DNA of 64,000 nt from the human T2T-CHM13v2.0 reference genome, Homo sapiens (GCF_009914755.1 NC_060939.1), one strand, 5' to 3'; positions 43,623 to 58,340 are shown, counted from the first letter of the stretch. Translations and numbers: made by a program. The notes: generated by a model not told the origin, from the sequence alone.

Positions 43623-43935
43623 TAAGGATTGCAAACCGGAAGTGCCTTCAAGAACCGAACCAAACAGGTGACACAACGAAGTGGCCAGGTGAGGACTGGA
43701 ACAAAATGGAAGAGTTCCTGCCCCATCATAAGGCAGTGGCTGTTATTTAGCATCCACCAAAAACCCAATGTTGCATCTGATTTTTTCCAGGGATACTAGA
43801 CATATACGTTTTCATATGTAATAGCTCAGTTATTAAGCAACGACTACTAATTCTGTATTTTAACAAGGTGTAAGCCAGACAAAATATCTATAGCCCAAAT
43901 TCAACCAGTAGGACAACAGTTGGCTGCTAATCTGT
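43623..43935 (+). mobile_element. MER102-like (hAT-Charlie)
   Basis: gaggactggaacaaaatggaagag...cccaatgttgcatctgattttttcc...aagccagacaaaatatct...acagtttg. Confidence 0.65.
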
Positions 43936-44489
43936 AAAACTATAAGGGCCATTCTAGTTTGAAGTTTCTATCTCTATGGACTTGTCTACAGTTTATTCAT
44001 TCACAGGATGGTATGCCTTTCATCATACCCATAACAAACCTGCAGGACGCACCTACTGTACACAGAGCATATGCTTATCATTGGAGATGTGACACAAGCA
44101 CATTTCTCCATCTGAACCCTAACGGACACAGATACCAAAGAACCTTCAGCTTTTTGGGGACAATCTGAGGGACAAGGGCATATCTCCTCCTTTTTGTAGA
44201 CTTCCCTGACTCATCTCCCACGATGACCCAATACCAAGCAGAAGAAATTCCTCTCTCTTTTACCTTCTTGCAGCCAGCATCATGCTCAAAACTCTCTAAG
44301 TAATATATTACACATCATCCTTATTTCAGTGTCCATCATTCTCCACAGTCTGTGAGCGCACTGAGGGCAAGAACGTGCCTTTTTCTAGTTTGTACCCCTA
44401 ACATTTAGTTTAGGGCCTGTTACACCATGTACATACAAATGAATTGGCCCAGTAGGAACACAGAACACACGCAGTCTGGGTTTGATGCC

Positions 44490-45074
44490 TGTTTTAAAAT
44501 GTATGTTTTATTATCATTTGGGTCTGGTGAGGCCACCAGAGCAAGAGACAACAGGCATTGAAAAGACAGTTTATTCTCACAGAGCGCAAGAGGAGGGGGC
44601 ATACTGTGTCACAGGGGGCACACAGAGAAGCACCAGGGGTGGTCAGGAGGCAGAAGGGGTGAGGGGAAATGTGGACCACAGCCTATTGTGGTTTCCATGG
44701 GAAGGAATGAATGAGGCAGGGTAAGCAGACTTAGGGTTGACTGGCTCGAATAATTTCATCAGGCCCTGGAGCATAGCGTCTGTCTCTAGTTGTCTGGTAC
44801 CTGGTCTTTGAGTGATGAGGACAAGGAAATAGTGAAGGTACTGGGGTGCTTATGGCAGGGGAATACAGACCCTAGTATAAGAGTTCAATGAAGGAGGTGG
44901 TTGGGGTATGGGCTCCGGATTGGTCAGTTTGCTTATGAAAGGAGTGCTCATAGGCTTGTTGTTTGCTATTTCTAGGAATTAGCTACCCCTAGAAGGCATA
45001 GTTCCTCCAGGGTCAGCAAGGTCCCAAGATGAGAAAGCATCAAAGCTACAAAATAAAAAGACACGATCAATACC
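44490..45074 (-). mobile_element. MER74-like ERVL solo LTR
   Basis: Reverse complement carries ccttgctgaccctggagg, attcctagaaatagcaaac and accaatccggagcccatacccc; perfect 5-bp TSD atgcc (44485-44489, 45075-45079). Confidence 0.8.
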
Positions 45075-46065
45075 ATGCCCAGTATGAGGAGCTTCCCTAG
45101 AGAAATGCAGAGTTCAGAGGTAGATCCTTTCCTCAAGCTGGAAGAGGAAAAGGGTGGCTTTGTGCAAGGGATGCGGTGAAACCCAGCATACATCTTTGAG
45201 ACTACAAGAGTTTGTAAGCGAAGGGAGGAAAAGCTTTCCTCTCCTTGGCTCTGCACTCTCCAACCAGAGTTCAGAAGGACCAACATCATTTAGGTCTAAC
45301 CAAGATGCAACCGGGGTCTCCTCTTCCCTCAAAAAATACCAAAATTGTTATGAAACCTCAAATTCTAAAGCTCATGTCAGCTCAGGAAGCTCGGAGTCTC
45401 AGGACCACCTCTGCCTCTGGGCTTCAGCCTATTTCCCACGTGCTTTCTATGGTTGTCACCATGTTGACCCAGATGTGACACTGGCTCCTCCTCTAGTTTT
45501 CACACATCCTGCAGGCGACAACAGCTGCCTCGCACAAGACACAAGTCAATGTGGCAAAGGACTGTGAGACAGACAGACGAAGTCCTCACATGGCAACGAC
45601 AGAAACAAACCACAAATCACGTTGCAAGTCTTTCTACTGTCACCTCCTCCGAAACCCTTTGTTATTCACCCGTCAAACCCACGTGAACACAAAAACCATG
45701 TATAACTCCAGCCATTTCCTTACCTCATAAGTAATTTTCCTGGGCCCCTCCCTCCCCGTTCTTTATGCTTCTTCCATCAGTCCATGCCAATCCACCCCTT
45801 CACCCAGAAACAGGGTCCAAAATTCAGTTCCTTCTTCTTGCCTTTGCCCTCTTCTGTGGCTTGGGTTATTGGCAGCTCCCAAGAGCTCAAAGTCTCTCTC
45901 CCTTATCCCAGTGCCTCATCATAGACTTCACTACACACAGGCAGCTTCCTCCTTAAGATGAATCTCCCATCTGCAGTGCTTCCCACCATATGACAGAGCC
46001 TATGGAAAATCTGACTAATGCCCCAGGACAGGCCCCACAAAGGCTATCGTCAACACGGTCCTCAC

Positions 46066-46361
46066 TTTTTTTTTTTTTTTTGAGACAGAGTGTCACTCTG
46101 TCACCCAGGCTGGAGTGCAGTGGCGCATTCTTGGCTCACTTCAACCTCCGCCTCATGGGTTCAAGCGATTCTCCTGCCCCAGCTTCCCGAGTAGCTGAGA
46201 CTATAGGCACCAGCTACCACGCCCAGCTAATTTTTGTATTTTTAGTAGAGACAGGGTTTCACCATGTTGGTCAGGCTGGTCTTGAACTCCTGACCTCGTG
46301 ATCCGCTTGCTTTGGCCTTCCAAAGTGCTGGGATTACAGGCGTGAGCCACAACACCCAGCC
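46066..46361 (-). mobile_element. AluSg-like
   Basis: ttggtcaggctggtcttgaactcctgacctcgtgatcc; TSD gtcctcac. Confidence 0.92.
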
Positions 46362-47962
46362 AGTCCTCACATTTCAAAGTTGAGGACCTCAAAAGGGAGC
46401 GAACTTACTAGGACTTGTCCTCACCCTGGGCACCTTGGTACAGGACACCAAAGGATCTTTTGCAGGACTGGGGATTTTTTCTCTCCATTTTTCAGAGATA
46501 TTTGGTAGCATAGCTATGAGGCTATGAAATCACCTCTTTTCTACATTTCCTTAGTTTTCTTGAGACCGATTGGGAGAAGAGAAACTAGATTTCCTAAGAC
46601 TGATCCAAAGAAGGGAAGATTTAAGGGAATTTGGAATAAATTTGGCTCTCCTTTTTGCTTTTCTGCGGGAATGAAAATAACATCTAAAAATCTCATCATT
46701 AGGCACTGGCTGATCAGGAAAGCATCTCTTCAGCTTCGGGCCCAAATGTGACCCCAGTGGCAGCCTCAGAGAGGTGAGGGCAGGGTGAGGGCAGGATGAG
46801 GAGTCTCACTATGAAGAATGGTTCACTTTGCACTTAACACTGAGCAGAGGCTCTTTGCTGTGGGGCCTCACACTTTAACATAAATGTCTGCATTCACTAG
46901 CCCAATTCAATTTTATTTTACTTCATTTTCTAAGCTAATGTAGTATTTTCAATATGATTCCACAGTGTCTTGGCATAGGAAAGACCATGATGTCATATTT
47001 GAACTATTCATTATGATTCTAATATGTGAGGGGAAGTGGCCAATTCTCTTCTGGCTCCGTGTGTGATGGCAGTATGAACATTCTCTATCCTTTTACGAGT
47101 AAATCAAGTCAGAAAAGACCTATAATTTCCCCCAAAGAGGGCTGAAGCAGACAGCCCACATAAATTCTGAGTTGCTTACTTGCAAGATATATAAACTTGG
47201 TAATTATTTTTAGGACTAGATAACTGTGATCAAATTAAAGTGCTCTATTGATAGAAAAGAGGGAAAGAGAGGGAATAAAACAAAGAAATAAGAAAATTGA
47301 ATCAGTCTCAGGAATTTCATTCTCAGGAGGGAGAGAGGAAAGAGAAGAGATGCCAGAAAAATAGAGTTGCAGGGATAACTTCCATGCGGGTTCCTTCACA
47401 AATGGGCCCCTAGAGTCATAGTCCATTAGTCCTGGAAGAAACTGAGGCCCAGAGATAGGCGGTAACTTGGCCAAATCTCTTGAGGGAGTTATGCCAGAAT
47501 GAGAATAAGGAAATAAGTCTTCTGCCCTCAAGTATAGTGGTCAACTGTTCACCTTTCACTTGAGCCCTCAGAGTTTCAGGAGCGTGTGTATGAGTGGGGT
47601 TCACCTGAGTCATTTTTGCTATTCCTTAACTTAGAGAACTGCCTTTCAGACACCAGCTTTTTGCCACTACCTAAAACAACCCCAAAAGGGCATTTTCCCT
47701 CAAGAGCAATGAGGGGGTGGGAAGAGGAGGATGCAGGACCAGAAGGTCAGGATCCTGTCTCAGGCCTTCCTGCCCTGTGTTCAATGAGTCTTGGTCTTCT
47801 TTTCAAGATAAATGAGCCCCTCACACCTGCCCAGCCTGTCTCACAGAGTTAAGTGAGAATCAAGGAAGGAGGGGGCAGGAGAAGTGTTCCATCAATTGCA
47901 TAAAGTGTAAAACAAATGTTTGGGGTTGACAGTGTTGCTAGTGAGATTAAGAACATGATAGA

Positions 47963-48306
<344 letters not shown>

Positions 48307-49614
48307 TTAGGCTTTGGGGTCATTTGTGCATGCAGCTTGGCAGCTGGAAGAAGAGGGCCCAGAGACCAGATCCTTCCCCAAGAAAGGGAGCCAGAGGAGC
48401 CAGAGGCTCGGACGAATGGATAAGGCTGCTAGGACAATGTTCTCCAACAAGATGCTGGAACCTCCCTGAGGAGGGTGCTATATCCTGCATGCCTAGCTTC
48501 AGGTCATGCCCAGCCCCAGGTAAACCAGAGTTACAGCTCACTCAGTTCCAAAATTATCACAAAAGGTGAGACTCACAGAGCCAACTTTTCCTTTGAAAAT
48601 CCCAACTCAATGAATCTAACACATCCTCTTTGTTTTGTATTGGATTGGAACAGATTGAGGTCTCCCTGGTTGGGCCGCTGAAGAAGTAATTTGGCCTATA
48701 CTGTGCAAAAAGTATGCAAGTTTAAAGACTAGAATCATACTCAAAGGGCTGAGATGGTCCAAGTCTGGGAGGCTGTGGAGATTAGGTGGGCTGAGAAGGC
48801 AGACAAGTCATGTTCTCCAGCTATGCAAACTCAGGAGAATAAGCTCACTGAAGAGAACAACGGGCGAAGACCCCACTACCATTTTAATGTTCCCTTTCTC
48901 TCTCCTCTCCTTTCCACTTGGGTTTATAGCAGAGTTACTTATGTGAAAGATGCCTTCTATGAAAACGTGTTGGAGCCCTGACCCAGTCTCACTGGATCAT
49001 TCCCCTCAACTTTGTAGCCTGTTGAGATCTCTCCAGCACCAAGATGTGTGTTATGAGCTGGCTCAGTCAGTGGGCTCAGGAATGGTCATGGGGAGCCCCT
49101 AACTGGGCTCTCTAGGGATCCTTTTCACCTTTATGGGTAGGTGTTCTAGACAGCCAGGTGGAAGCCTTCTGCCATCAGTCTTTCCATAAGTCCCAAGGCA
49201 GAACTTGTATCAGACCCCCAGCAAAGTACTCAGAGGGATGTGTTGAAAATTACTCTAGTTAAAGAACCCCCTATCTCTTTCCCTGGCTCTTCAGACAAGA
49301 GCTGTCTGAGCTGAACAAATCCCATCCCCTCCAGGGCTCTATAAATAAGAACAATTGGACTAGATGATCTCTAGCCATCTCCTGTCTCCCATCTGGACCA
49401 ACAATGTGTTGATATAGGCTGGAACTAGACAATTTCAAAAAGAGGCAACAGGCTGGACACATCCATCTTCAGCTACACATGACTACAACCCTGAAATTTT
49501 TTAAGCATCAATTTGGAGCCCCAGATTGAAAAACATGGGAATAAGATGTGACTGAGATCCAAGGCCCTAAGTGAGGGGCTAGGAGTGCTGCTTTACTACT
49601 GAATACAAGTCCCT

Positions 49615-49830
49615 TGTTTATTGCATTTAACAAATATTTAGGTAGCACCTACTACTGCCAGACATTGTTCTGAGATTTACAAATATCAATTCACTTAGGC
49701 CTGGTTCCAACCCCATGAGGAAGGCACTATGATTATGTCCATTTTACTGATGAGAAAACTAAGGCACAAAGAAATTAAGGAACTTGCCTGAGATCATACT
49801 GTTAGTAAGTAAGGACTCATTAGCATATTT
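49615..49830 (-). mobile_element. MIR
   Basis: gcacctactactgccagacattgttct...tccattttactgatgagaaaactaaggcaca. Confidence 0.75.
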
Positions 49831-49989
49831 GCTCTGACATTAATATGACTAATGTTCACATCAAGGGGCTGGAGAGTGGGAAGCAAAATCCCCGGGGAGG
49901 AAAAAGGAAGAAAGCTGGGAAATCCACCCAGGCTCTTTGACCTGCAAGCCCATTCTTGAGCCACCTCCACTGCATTTCTTATCATTTGC

Positions 49990-50353
49990 TGTATTGGTCC
50001 GTTCTCACACTGTTAGTAAAGACATACCCAAGACTGGGTAATTTATAAAGAAAAAGTAGTTTAATGAACTCACAGTTCCATATGGCTGAGGTCTCACAAT
50101 CATGGCAGAAGACGAAGGAAGAGCAAAGAGACGTCTTACATGGTGGCAGGCAACAGTGGAGTCATGCAGGGGAACTCTTCTTAATAAAACCATCAGATCT
50201 CGTGAGATGTATTCACTATCACAAGATCAGCACAGGAAAGACCCGCCCCCATGAGCCGATTACCTCCCACTGGATCCCTTCCACGACACATGGGAATTGT
50301 GGAAGCTACAATTCAAGATGAAATTTGGGTGGTGACACAGCCAAACCATATCA
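49990..50353 (-). mobile_element. THE1B/C solo LTR
   Basis: tgtattggtcc...gacatacccaagactgggtaattt...gacacagccaaaccatatca; perfect TSD tttgc. Confidence 0.92.
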
Positions 50354-50689
50354 TTTGCTTTTTCAAAAGATATGAATGGGCATTTTTCCAACTACGAAAT
50401 GGAGGTCTGGATGGGGTTTCCATGAAATGTTGCAGGCAGCTGGCTATAAGGCTTCCCGGAGCCTTTACTCTGCTGCTCTGCATTATGATCTCCAAGGCAG
50501 CATGATGGAATGCAACTTCTCCCAAACATGTTTGCCAAAGGAGCCCCTCCCTTTTTTTTTTTCAAGGAATATCTCAAAAAACTAAAATTCTAACATACGC
50601 ACTTTGGAAATATCAGCTTGATCAGTGGAAAGTTGATCGTGTTCATTACATCTGCCAAATGTAATAATCAGAACCCTATGTCCCATGGG

Positions 50690-50890
50690 CCTCCTCTGTC
50701 TTTCACAGGACTAACTTGCCACTTACTGCTACAGTTATGGGCATTCTTGTCTTACCTCCACTACAAATCAAATGGGGAACTTCTCATGGCAGAGCCTTGT
50801 CTGGTTTATCTCAGTAGTCTTCACAGTATTGAACACAGTTTCTTGCACACAGCAAGCACTCAGATGTTTGCTGAACAAATAAGTGAGCAT
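50690..50890 (+). mobile_element. L2 3' end
   Basis: gcacacagcaagcactcagatgtttgctgaacaaataagtga. Confidence 0.55.
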
Positions 50891-51134
50891 GTGTAAACTA
50901 TTTCCATATGAGAACCACAGAAACTGGTTTCCCAAGGAAGGAAAGAGAAAGCCATAAAATTAAAATTCAAGGCATCCATTTTTGGTTGGGTTTTTATGGT
51001 GATGATGGTGTGAAAAAAAGCAAAGATCATGAGAAAAATCTTATTCTCACATAAGAATTAGTTTGTTGGTAACAGAAAGGGTAGGGGAGCAGGGAAATAA
51101 GTTGCAGGATTACCGAACATTTAAAACTGCAGGG

Positions 51135-52015
51135 GACATTCCACCTCATACCCATTAGAATGGCACCTAGTTTTTAAAAGTACGAAAATAACAAGGATGT
51201 GGAAACATTGGGCCCCTGTGCACTGTTGGTGGGAATGTAAAATGGTGCAGCTGCTATGTAAACAACATAATGGTTCCTCAAAAAACAAAAAATAGAACTA
51301 CCATATGATCCAGCAATTCTACTTCTGAGTATCTACCCAAAAGAATTGGAAGCAAGGTCTTGAAGAGATATTTGGACACTCATGTTCAGAGCAGCATTAT
51401 TCACAATAGCCAAAAGGTGAAAGCAAGCCAAGTGCCCATGGACAGATGAATGAATACACAATATGTGGTATATACCTACAATGGAATATTATTCAGCCTT
51501 TAAAAAGAAGGAAATTCTGTCCCAGGCTACAACATGGATGAACTTTGAGGTCACTGTTCTAAGAAAAATAAGCCAGTCACAAAAAGATAACAAAATGTGT
51601 TATATACCTACAATGGAATATTATTCAGCCTTAAAAAGGAAGGAAATTCTGACCCAGGCTACAACATGGATGAACCTTGAGGTCATTGTTCTAAGTGAAA
51701 TAAGCCAGTCACAAAAAGAGAAATACTGTATGTTTCCACCATATGAGGTATCTAGAATCTAAATTCACAGAAACAGCAAGCAGAATGGTGATTACCAAGG
51801 ACTGTAGGGAGAGAGAAAATGGAAAGTTGTTTAAGGATATAGATTTTCAGTTTGTAAGATAAAAAGAGTTCTACAGATGGGTGGTGGTGTGGTTGCACAA
51901 CAACGTGAATGTACTTAAAACGACTAAACTGTACACTTAAAAATGGTTATGCTCTAACCATTTTTATATATTGTGTAAATTTTATGTGTGTTTTACCACA
52001 ATTAGAAAAAAAACT
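51135..52015 (+). mobile_element. L1MB-like 3' end containing a 132-bp tandem duplication
   Basis: ccatatgatccagcaattc...gcagcattattcacaatagcc...gtacacttaaaaatggtta. Confidence 0.85.
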
Positions 52016-53191
52016 GAAGAAGACATTGAAGATACACCAACCAGAGCCTAACATTGATATGCGAGCAAACTGAGGCCCAGAGGTACATAATGACATCCTC
52101 TAAGCCAAAATATATCAATCTTCAGACTTTAATAATACTATCAAGGCTATAAATACAAGGGATCATTCACAGGTGACCTCCAGAAATTATTTTTAAGAAA
52201 ATGTTATTATAAGTAAGCAGGAAAAAAATCAATCCCTTATTAGATTCTCCTCCAATTTGGAAAGAGCATAGGACAATCTGATTTGGAAGGGCCAAAGGGC
52301 AATATTGCCATCAGTTCTGAGCTCCCGAGCAAGCCCTCCCTCTTACATCACCCTGCTCCTATCCAGTTGCCTGGTCCAAGCTCAGATCCAGGCTGTCTAA
52401 TGGGAGAGTGACCCGCAACTGCCAAGCCCGAGTTTCCATCCGTCTGTACCAAGCCCACAGAGTGACGAGGCTCACAGTAGAGAAACTGCAATTTCCATTG
52501 CTCGCCAATCAGCCAGCCTGCTTGGTGGATCATTTTTCAGCAATCTTGGTAAGAATTGAAGTAAAAATCATGTTTTTTACTCAGATCTAAACCAAATTGT
52601 CAGCAGCTGACTTCCTCAGCCTAGGCACAAAACTGCAGTCATGAAATGTGAGAAGGAACAAAGGCCATCGAGCCAGAATATTTTCTGGTTTCCTGTGAAA
52701 TATCATGTTACCTTCCCATGTCCTGGGGTTCTCTCAGTGCTGATGGAAAGAAACCTCAGTCAGCTATGGGCAGGGGGCAAAGAGATGCCACTGAAATTCA
52801 GGGCCCGGGCTAAACCCTACACACGGGTGAGCTCAGGGGACAGTTGTCTTTAAGTTCTTCTGAGGTCAAGGATATTTGTTTGTGGATATGAATGTTTGCT
52901 GAGAACTGGCTGCAAGAAAGTGGGATGTTCCCACACACTGCTCTTTAGAAAAAGTCATGATTGATGCTGCACTAGCCCTGCTCAATTTAACCAGATATGC
53001 CAACAACACCTGTCTGAAAAATTTGGTCATGCTCTTCTTGCTTAATGGAGGACAGACTTACATATAGACATTTGGACCAAAATAGAGGGAAGGTACCAGA
53101 ACACAAGACAAAAAAAACTATGTCTTTGTAAGCAAGAATAAACAGCAAGTCGAATTTCTAATGTCTTTCATACAGAAGGGGCAATGTTTAC

Positions 53192-53202
53192 TTTTTTTTC
53201 CC

Positions 53203-53235
<33 letters not shown>

Positions 53236-53541
53236 TTGGAGACAGAGTCTCACTTGGTTGCCCGAGTGCTGCTGGAGTGCAGTGGTATGGATCACAGCTC
53301 ACTGCAGCCTTGACCTTCTGAGCTCAAGCAATCCTCCCACCTCAGCCTCCTGAGTAGCTGGGACTAGAGGCTCAAGCCACCACACCAGGCTAACTTTTTG
53401 TAATTTTTGTAGAGATGGGGTTTCACTACATTGCCCAGGCTGGTCTCGAATTCCTAGAGTGAAACTCCTGAGCTCAAGCGATCCTCCCACCTCGGCCTCC
53501 CAAAGTGCTGAGATTATGGGTGTGAGCCACCACACCCAGCC
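53192..53541 (-). mobile_element. AluJ
   Basis: gatcacagctcactgcagccttgacc, gctcaagcaatcctccc. Confidence 0.9.
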
Positions 53542-55127
53542 AATACTTATATTTTTTAAACACTTTTATTCATCTTATCTCATCTGACTCTCACAGTATG
53601 AATTGGTGCTAGTTGTAGTAGTAGCATTAGCAGTAGTTGCACCGTTGTACAAACACTGAGGCCCAGAGAGGTTAAAGAAACTGGCCAAGGTCATACAGGG
53701 GATGACAAAGTCAAGATTAGGAGAAGGTTGAACCCTCATTCTGTCCAATTCTCCCTATACTGGGAAGATTCAGTTGTACGTATATGACTTCCAGACAGTA
53801 TTTATTAGATTCAATGGATCTTAAAGATGACATTCAAGTGCCTTGCTACAGAGAAAAAATTACCCAAAGCGTGATTTCAGTCAGTGAATCCATTCTAAAA
53901 GAAGTTCTTTATGGCTCCCCGGGCTCGCTGCCTGCAGGGTGAGAGGGCTGCCAGGTGCACGATGGTTCCTGGAGTACAACCCCATGACAGAAGCAGACAG
54001 GTGCTGGGGCACAGGTTTCCTGCAACACAGGAGTCCATTCAGGTTCATTGTAAACAACTTTTAATAGCAGAGTGTGGCTATTAATAGCTTCTATTGCCAT
54101 GTCCAGAAATCAAGTAAAAATTTATAGAGTAAACCAGCAACATGCAGTTTGGCCATTTCCATATTAATTTTCAAAACCAGCATTTAATCTATCCCCAACC
54201 TTCTCTCACACTAAACTAGAAAACAGTCTTCCAGGGCAGAATCCTGTAACTGACAGGGCTGTGGCACACACACAGCTCTGGCTCTGACCGCAGGTGTTGG
54301 CTTCTGCCATCTCTTGCTCAGCTTCATTCCAGGTGTTAAAAGCCTTTGCCTACCACAGCCTCAGCACAGCACAGCTCCTGAGCTCATCTTGACCAGGCAA
54401 AAGGGTACGTTTGGGAGCCTTGGCTTCTCCTGTGAATGTGGTGTACAAAGAGTTTTGCTGCTACAGATCTGTGCACGCAAACGGGTATTCATGCATGTAT
54501 GCACACACACACACACACACACAGAGCACACACTTCAAAGAAGAGGGGCCTGGAACGTATTAAGTATCAACTAAGACACAAAAATGAGAATCCATTTCCT
54601 TCCCCAGGATGAGGGTTGAACTTTGAATAGAAGGAATGAAGCAATTTTAAAACCTCTTAGACAGGGGCTGTTTTCCCAGCTAATTCCACTACGCTGGTAA
54701 ACTTCGGGTTTGCTAAGCATATTGATTTAGACCTGCCCATGAGGTATTATCATAGTCACATTTCACTGAAGCTAAGAAACCACAACTTGCTAACAAATAT
54801 AATTAGTTTTATATTTGTTTAAGAAAAAAAGAGTCACTTCCAATTAAACTATGGCAGGCTATCAGTGGTAAGAGGTCACTCAATTTAAGAAATGTTAAAA
54901 TGTAGAAAAAGTGACTTAGAAATGATAAAATAGTGTATGTTCATTTTGGTCACACAACTAGCATGAATCTCAGATGTAAATCCAATTGTATCTGACTCCA
55001 AAGTCAAGATTCTTTCTACAAAACAACAGTATCACGTTCCAGCCTCCCAATCCAACCTTTCAGATGACAAGGCCTTCCAGAACCAACTAGATTCCCTAGA
55101 ACATTATGTATTAAAGAGTTGATTCCA

Positions 55128-55440
55128 GGCTGGACATATTGGTTCACGCTTGTAATCCCAGCACTTTGGGAAGCCGAGGTGGAAGGATCACGAACCCAGG
55201 ATTTCGAGACCAGCCTGGGCAGCATAAGGAGACCTGTCTCTACCAAAAAATATACATATACTTTTCAATTAGCCAGGCATGGTGGCACATGCCTGTGGTC
55301 CCAGGTACCTGGGAGGCTGAGGTGGGAGGATCTCTTGAGTCCAGAAAGTCAAGGCTGTAGTAAGTTGTGATCACACAACTGCACTTCAGCCTGGGAGACA
55401 GAGTGGGACTCTGTCTCAAAAATAATATCACTAATAATAA
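55128..55440 (+). mobile_element. AluJ
   Basis: gaggtgggaggatc, gtcaaggctgtag; TSD aagag(t/c)t(g/a)attcc. Confidence 0.9.
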
Positions 55441-55660
55441 TTCAATGAAGAGCTAATTCCCACCACAGGGAGCAGCAGCATAGCAAGGCAGCTCCCCCAG
55501 CCCAGGGCTGGGTTTGTCTCCTCCTGACTGCCCATTTCACCAAGGTCCTCTGTGCCTTATGCCTGGGCCTGCCCAACATGACAGCAGGTCTACAGGTCTG
55601 CGCTCTAATGCAGTGATGCCAAAGAGATGCTGGAGGCATTTTTTTTCTAGCACAGTAGAC

Positions 55661-55877
55661 CAGGGTTCTTAATAGAATAGACCAGCGCTGTTGATATTGG
55701 GCTGGATAACTCTCTGTTGTAGGGGCTATCCCATGAACCTTAGAGCATCCCTGGCCTCTACCCAGTAGATATCTGTAGCACTCTCTGAGTTGTGACAACC
55801 AAAAATGTCCTGAGACACTGCCAAACCTCCCCTGGGATGGGGTAAGAAGCAAAATTGCCCCCAGTTGAGAACCACCA
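55661..55877 (-). mobile_element. MER20
   Basis: gcatccctggcctctacccagtagat...gttgtgacaaccaaaaatgtc...aaaattgcccccagttgagaaccac. Confidence 0.9.
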
Positions 55878-56859
55878 AAATAGACCATTTTGGGCCTCTT
55901 TTTTACTTAAAAAAAAAAAGTCAAGCCATTTCCTTAGCACCCCACCTTAGCCTCCAGAGTGCTGCCTTGCATCTATCTCCACCACAAATGGGAAAAGGAG
56001 AGGAAGCAGAACACAGATTCCAACTACGCTGCAGGTCCACAGTGATTACATTTGCCAATCAGGAAAAGTACAGTGTGAAAAGAAGGTTCCTCCCCCTTCC
56101 CATTAACTATTTTGTCAATGGCACATTATTTGTTAAATAGATCATATTCTAGTTGTAACCCACTTCTGAAGGATCAAGCTGCAATTTTACAGCTTGACAC
56201 CAATAGTCTCTAAAGACAATCTGGCTTTTATTTCTTGAACATAATCTTCACAAATGCAATTAGTGAAGTAACATACAACCCAGTTGTTAGAATAACTGAC
56301 AAAGAGTCTACAACTGGGTAACATTCCCACTTGTGTGGATTCAAGTTCAAATGTTTTCTCCTTTCCGTTTCCACCTTAGTAACTCATTTAATCTAAACAA
56401 TGGCTGGATCTAAATTAGAAGCAGAGTCTAATGGCTTGATTTAGATTCTAGGGAGTTAATTCTCTTAGGATGGGATTTGAGATATCAGCTGAGTTCTCAT
56501 TTACTCCCTTTCAAGCAAATCCCTGAAGCATGAATTTAGGAGTAAGTTTAAATAGTCTTTGTATAATTTTAATGGTTATTAGTTTGTATTATCTTTCTTG
56601 TCAACTGCCTAGAGGCACACAGTGTGTTGTTATAACGCTAAGGTAAGGCTAAACTAGCCCACTAGATACTAAGGATGAAGGTGCAGTCAGCAAAATAGAG
56701 CCTTATCCTGGTTTGCATATACTGTATTTTTTCTCCATGGCTATGCAAATTACCCCAGAAGGAAACTGCATCTGAGATCCAAGAAAACTAAGAAAATAAA
56801 TATTTAGTCAGGGCGAAAGGGTTTCTATTAAACAGGAAAAAAAAATTTTGACCCATGTA

Positions 56860-57220
56860 TTCCTTCATTCATCCATTTATTTCTTTTTCATTTTAAAAAT
56901 ATATATTAAGCCCCTACTCTGGGTCAGATGCTATGCTAGGAACAGGGGAGATAATAGAAGCAATTTAAACAAGCCCTCAGAAAGCCTATACTTGGAATCA
57001 GACAAATAAGTATTATTGAATGGGGTGATTATTGTGATGTGAAAAATATATGTAATATGGGCAATAAAAAGCATTAACTTAATCTAGGAGAGGTGGGGGA
57101 GAAGGGCGGGAAGATTTTCTGGAGGAAGTGATCTTTAGGTTGAAATTGGAAGAGAGAGTGACTCCTTCCATCACAGCTAAGGGATGGGGCAAAGGAAACG
57201 TGTTCTAGTCAGACAGAACC
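56860..57220 (-). mobile_element. L2 3' region (a MIR follows, to ~57390)
   Basis: cattcatccatttatt...ctatgctaggaacagggg...gaagattttctggaggaagtga. Confidence 0.65.
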
Positions 57221-57788
57221 TTGAACTACAGATTGTTAGAGGTTGACAAGACCTGAGAAACTTCCTGATGCAATGTCTTTATTTTAAGTATAGGAAACTG
57301 AGGTTCTCTGGACACCACTAGCAGAGCTAGGACTAAACCAACTCTTCTGACTCATCCTCCACGGTTTACTCCATTACACCAGGCTTCCACGTGGCTAGAA
57401 TGACTGGCCAGCTTATTTCTCCTGATTTGTGCATTCTTATTGCCATTTAAGTATGTATAGACAACCTCTATGTGCTCCTGATGATAAAAATGTGAGTTAG
57501 TCACACACTCTGCCTTCAAGAACCTTATAGTAAGTCACTGTGATAAAAGATAAAAATTGCTTAATGCAAAAGGAGAGGTTCTGGTGAGGATGTGAGGCAC
57601 CCCTTAGTTCAAGCTGCTAGAAAAAATTACTGTAGACAGGGTGGCTGAAACAACAAATAGTTATTTCTCACCATTCTGGAGGCTGGGAAGTCCAAGATGC
57701 CAGCAGAGCTAGTGTCTGGTGACAGCCCTCTTCTTTGCAGATGGCTGTCTTCTTGCTGTTCCCTCACTTGGTAGAGACGAGAGAGAAA

Positions 57789-57868
57789 GCGGGAGAGAGA
57801 GGGGGCGGGAGAGAGAGGGGGCGGGAGAGAGAGGGGGCGGGAGAGAGAGGGGGCGGGGGAGAGAGAGC
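57789..57868. repeat. 16-bp purine-rich tandem repeat (gcgggagagagagggg), 4 perfect copies plus 1 variant
   Basis: Units start at 57789, 57805, 57821, 57837 and 57853. Confidence 0.93.
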
Positions 57869-57888
57869 GAGCTCTCATGTTTTTTTAA

Positions 57889-58252
<364 letters not shown>

Positions 58253-58340
58253 CAGGCCCCATCTCTTAATATCATCAGGTTGGGGGTTTGGATTTCAACA
58301 TATTACTTTGCGGGGGGACACAAACATTCAGTTTATAACA

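Noticed and set aside
45154-45567. 137-aa ORF
   Set aside because: No homology recognised and no splice context; length compatible with chance.
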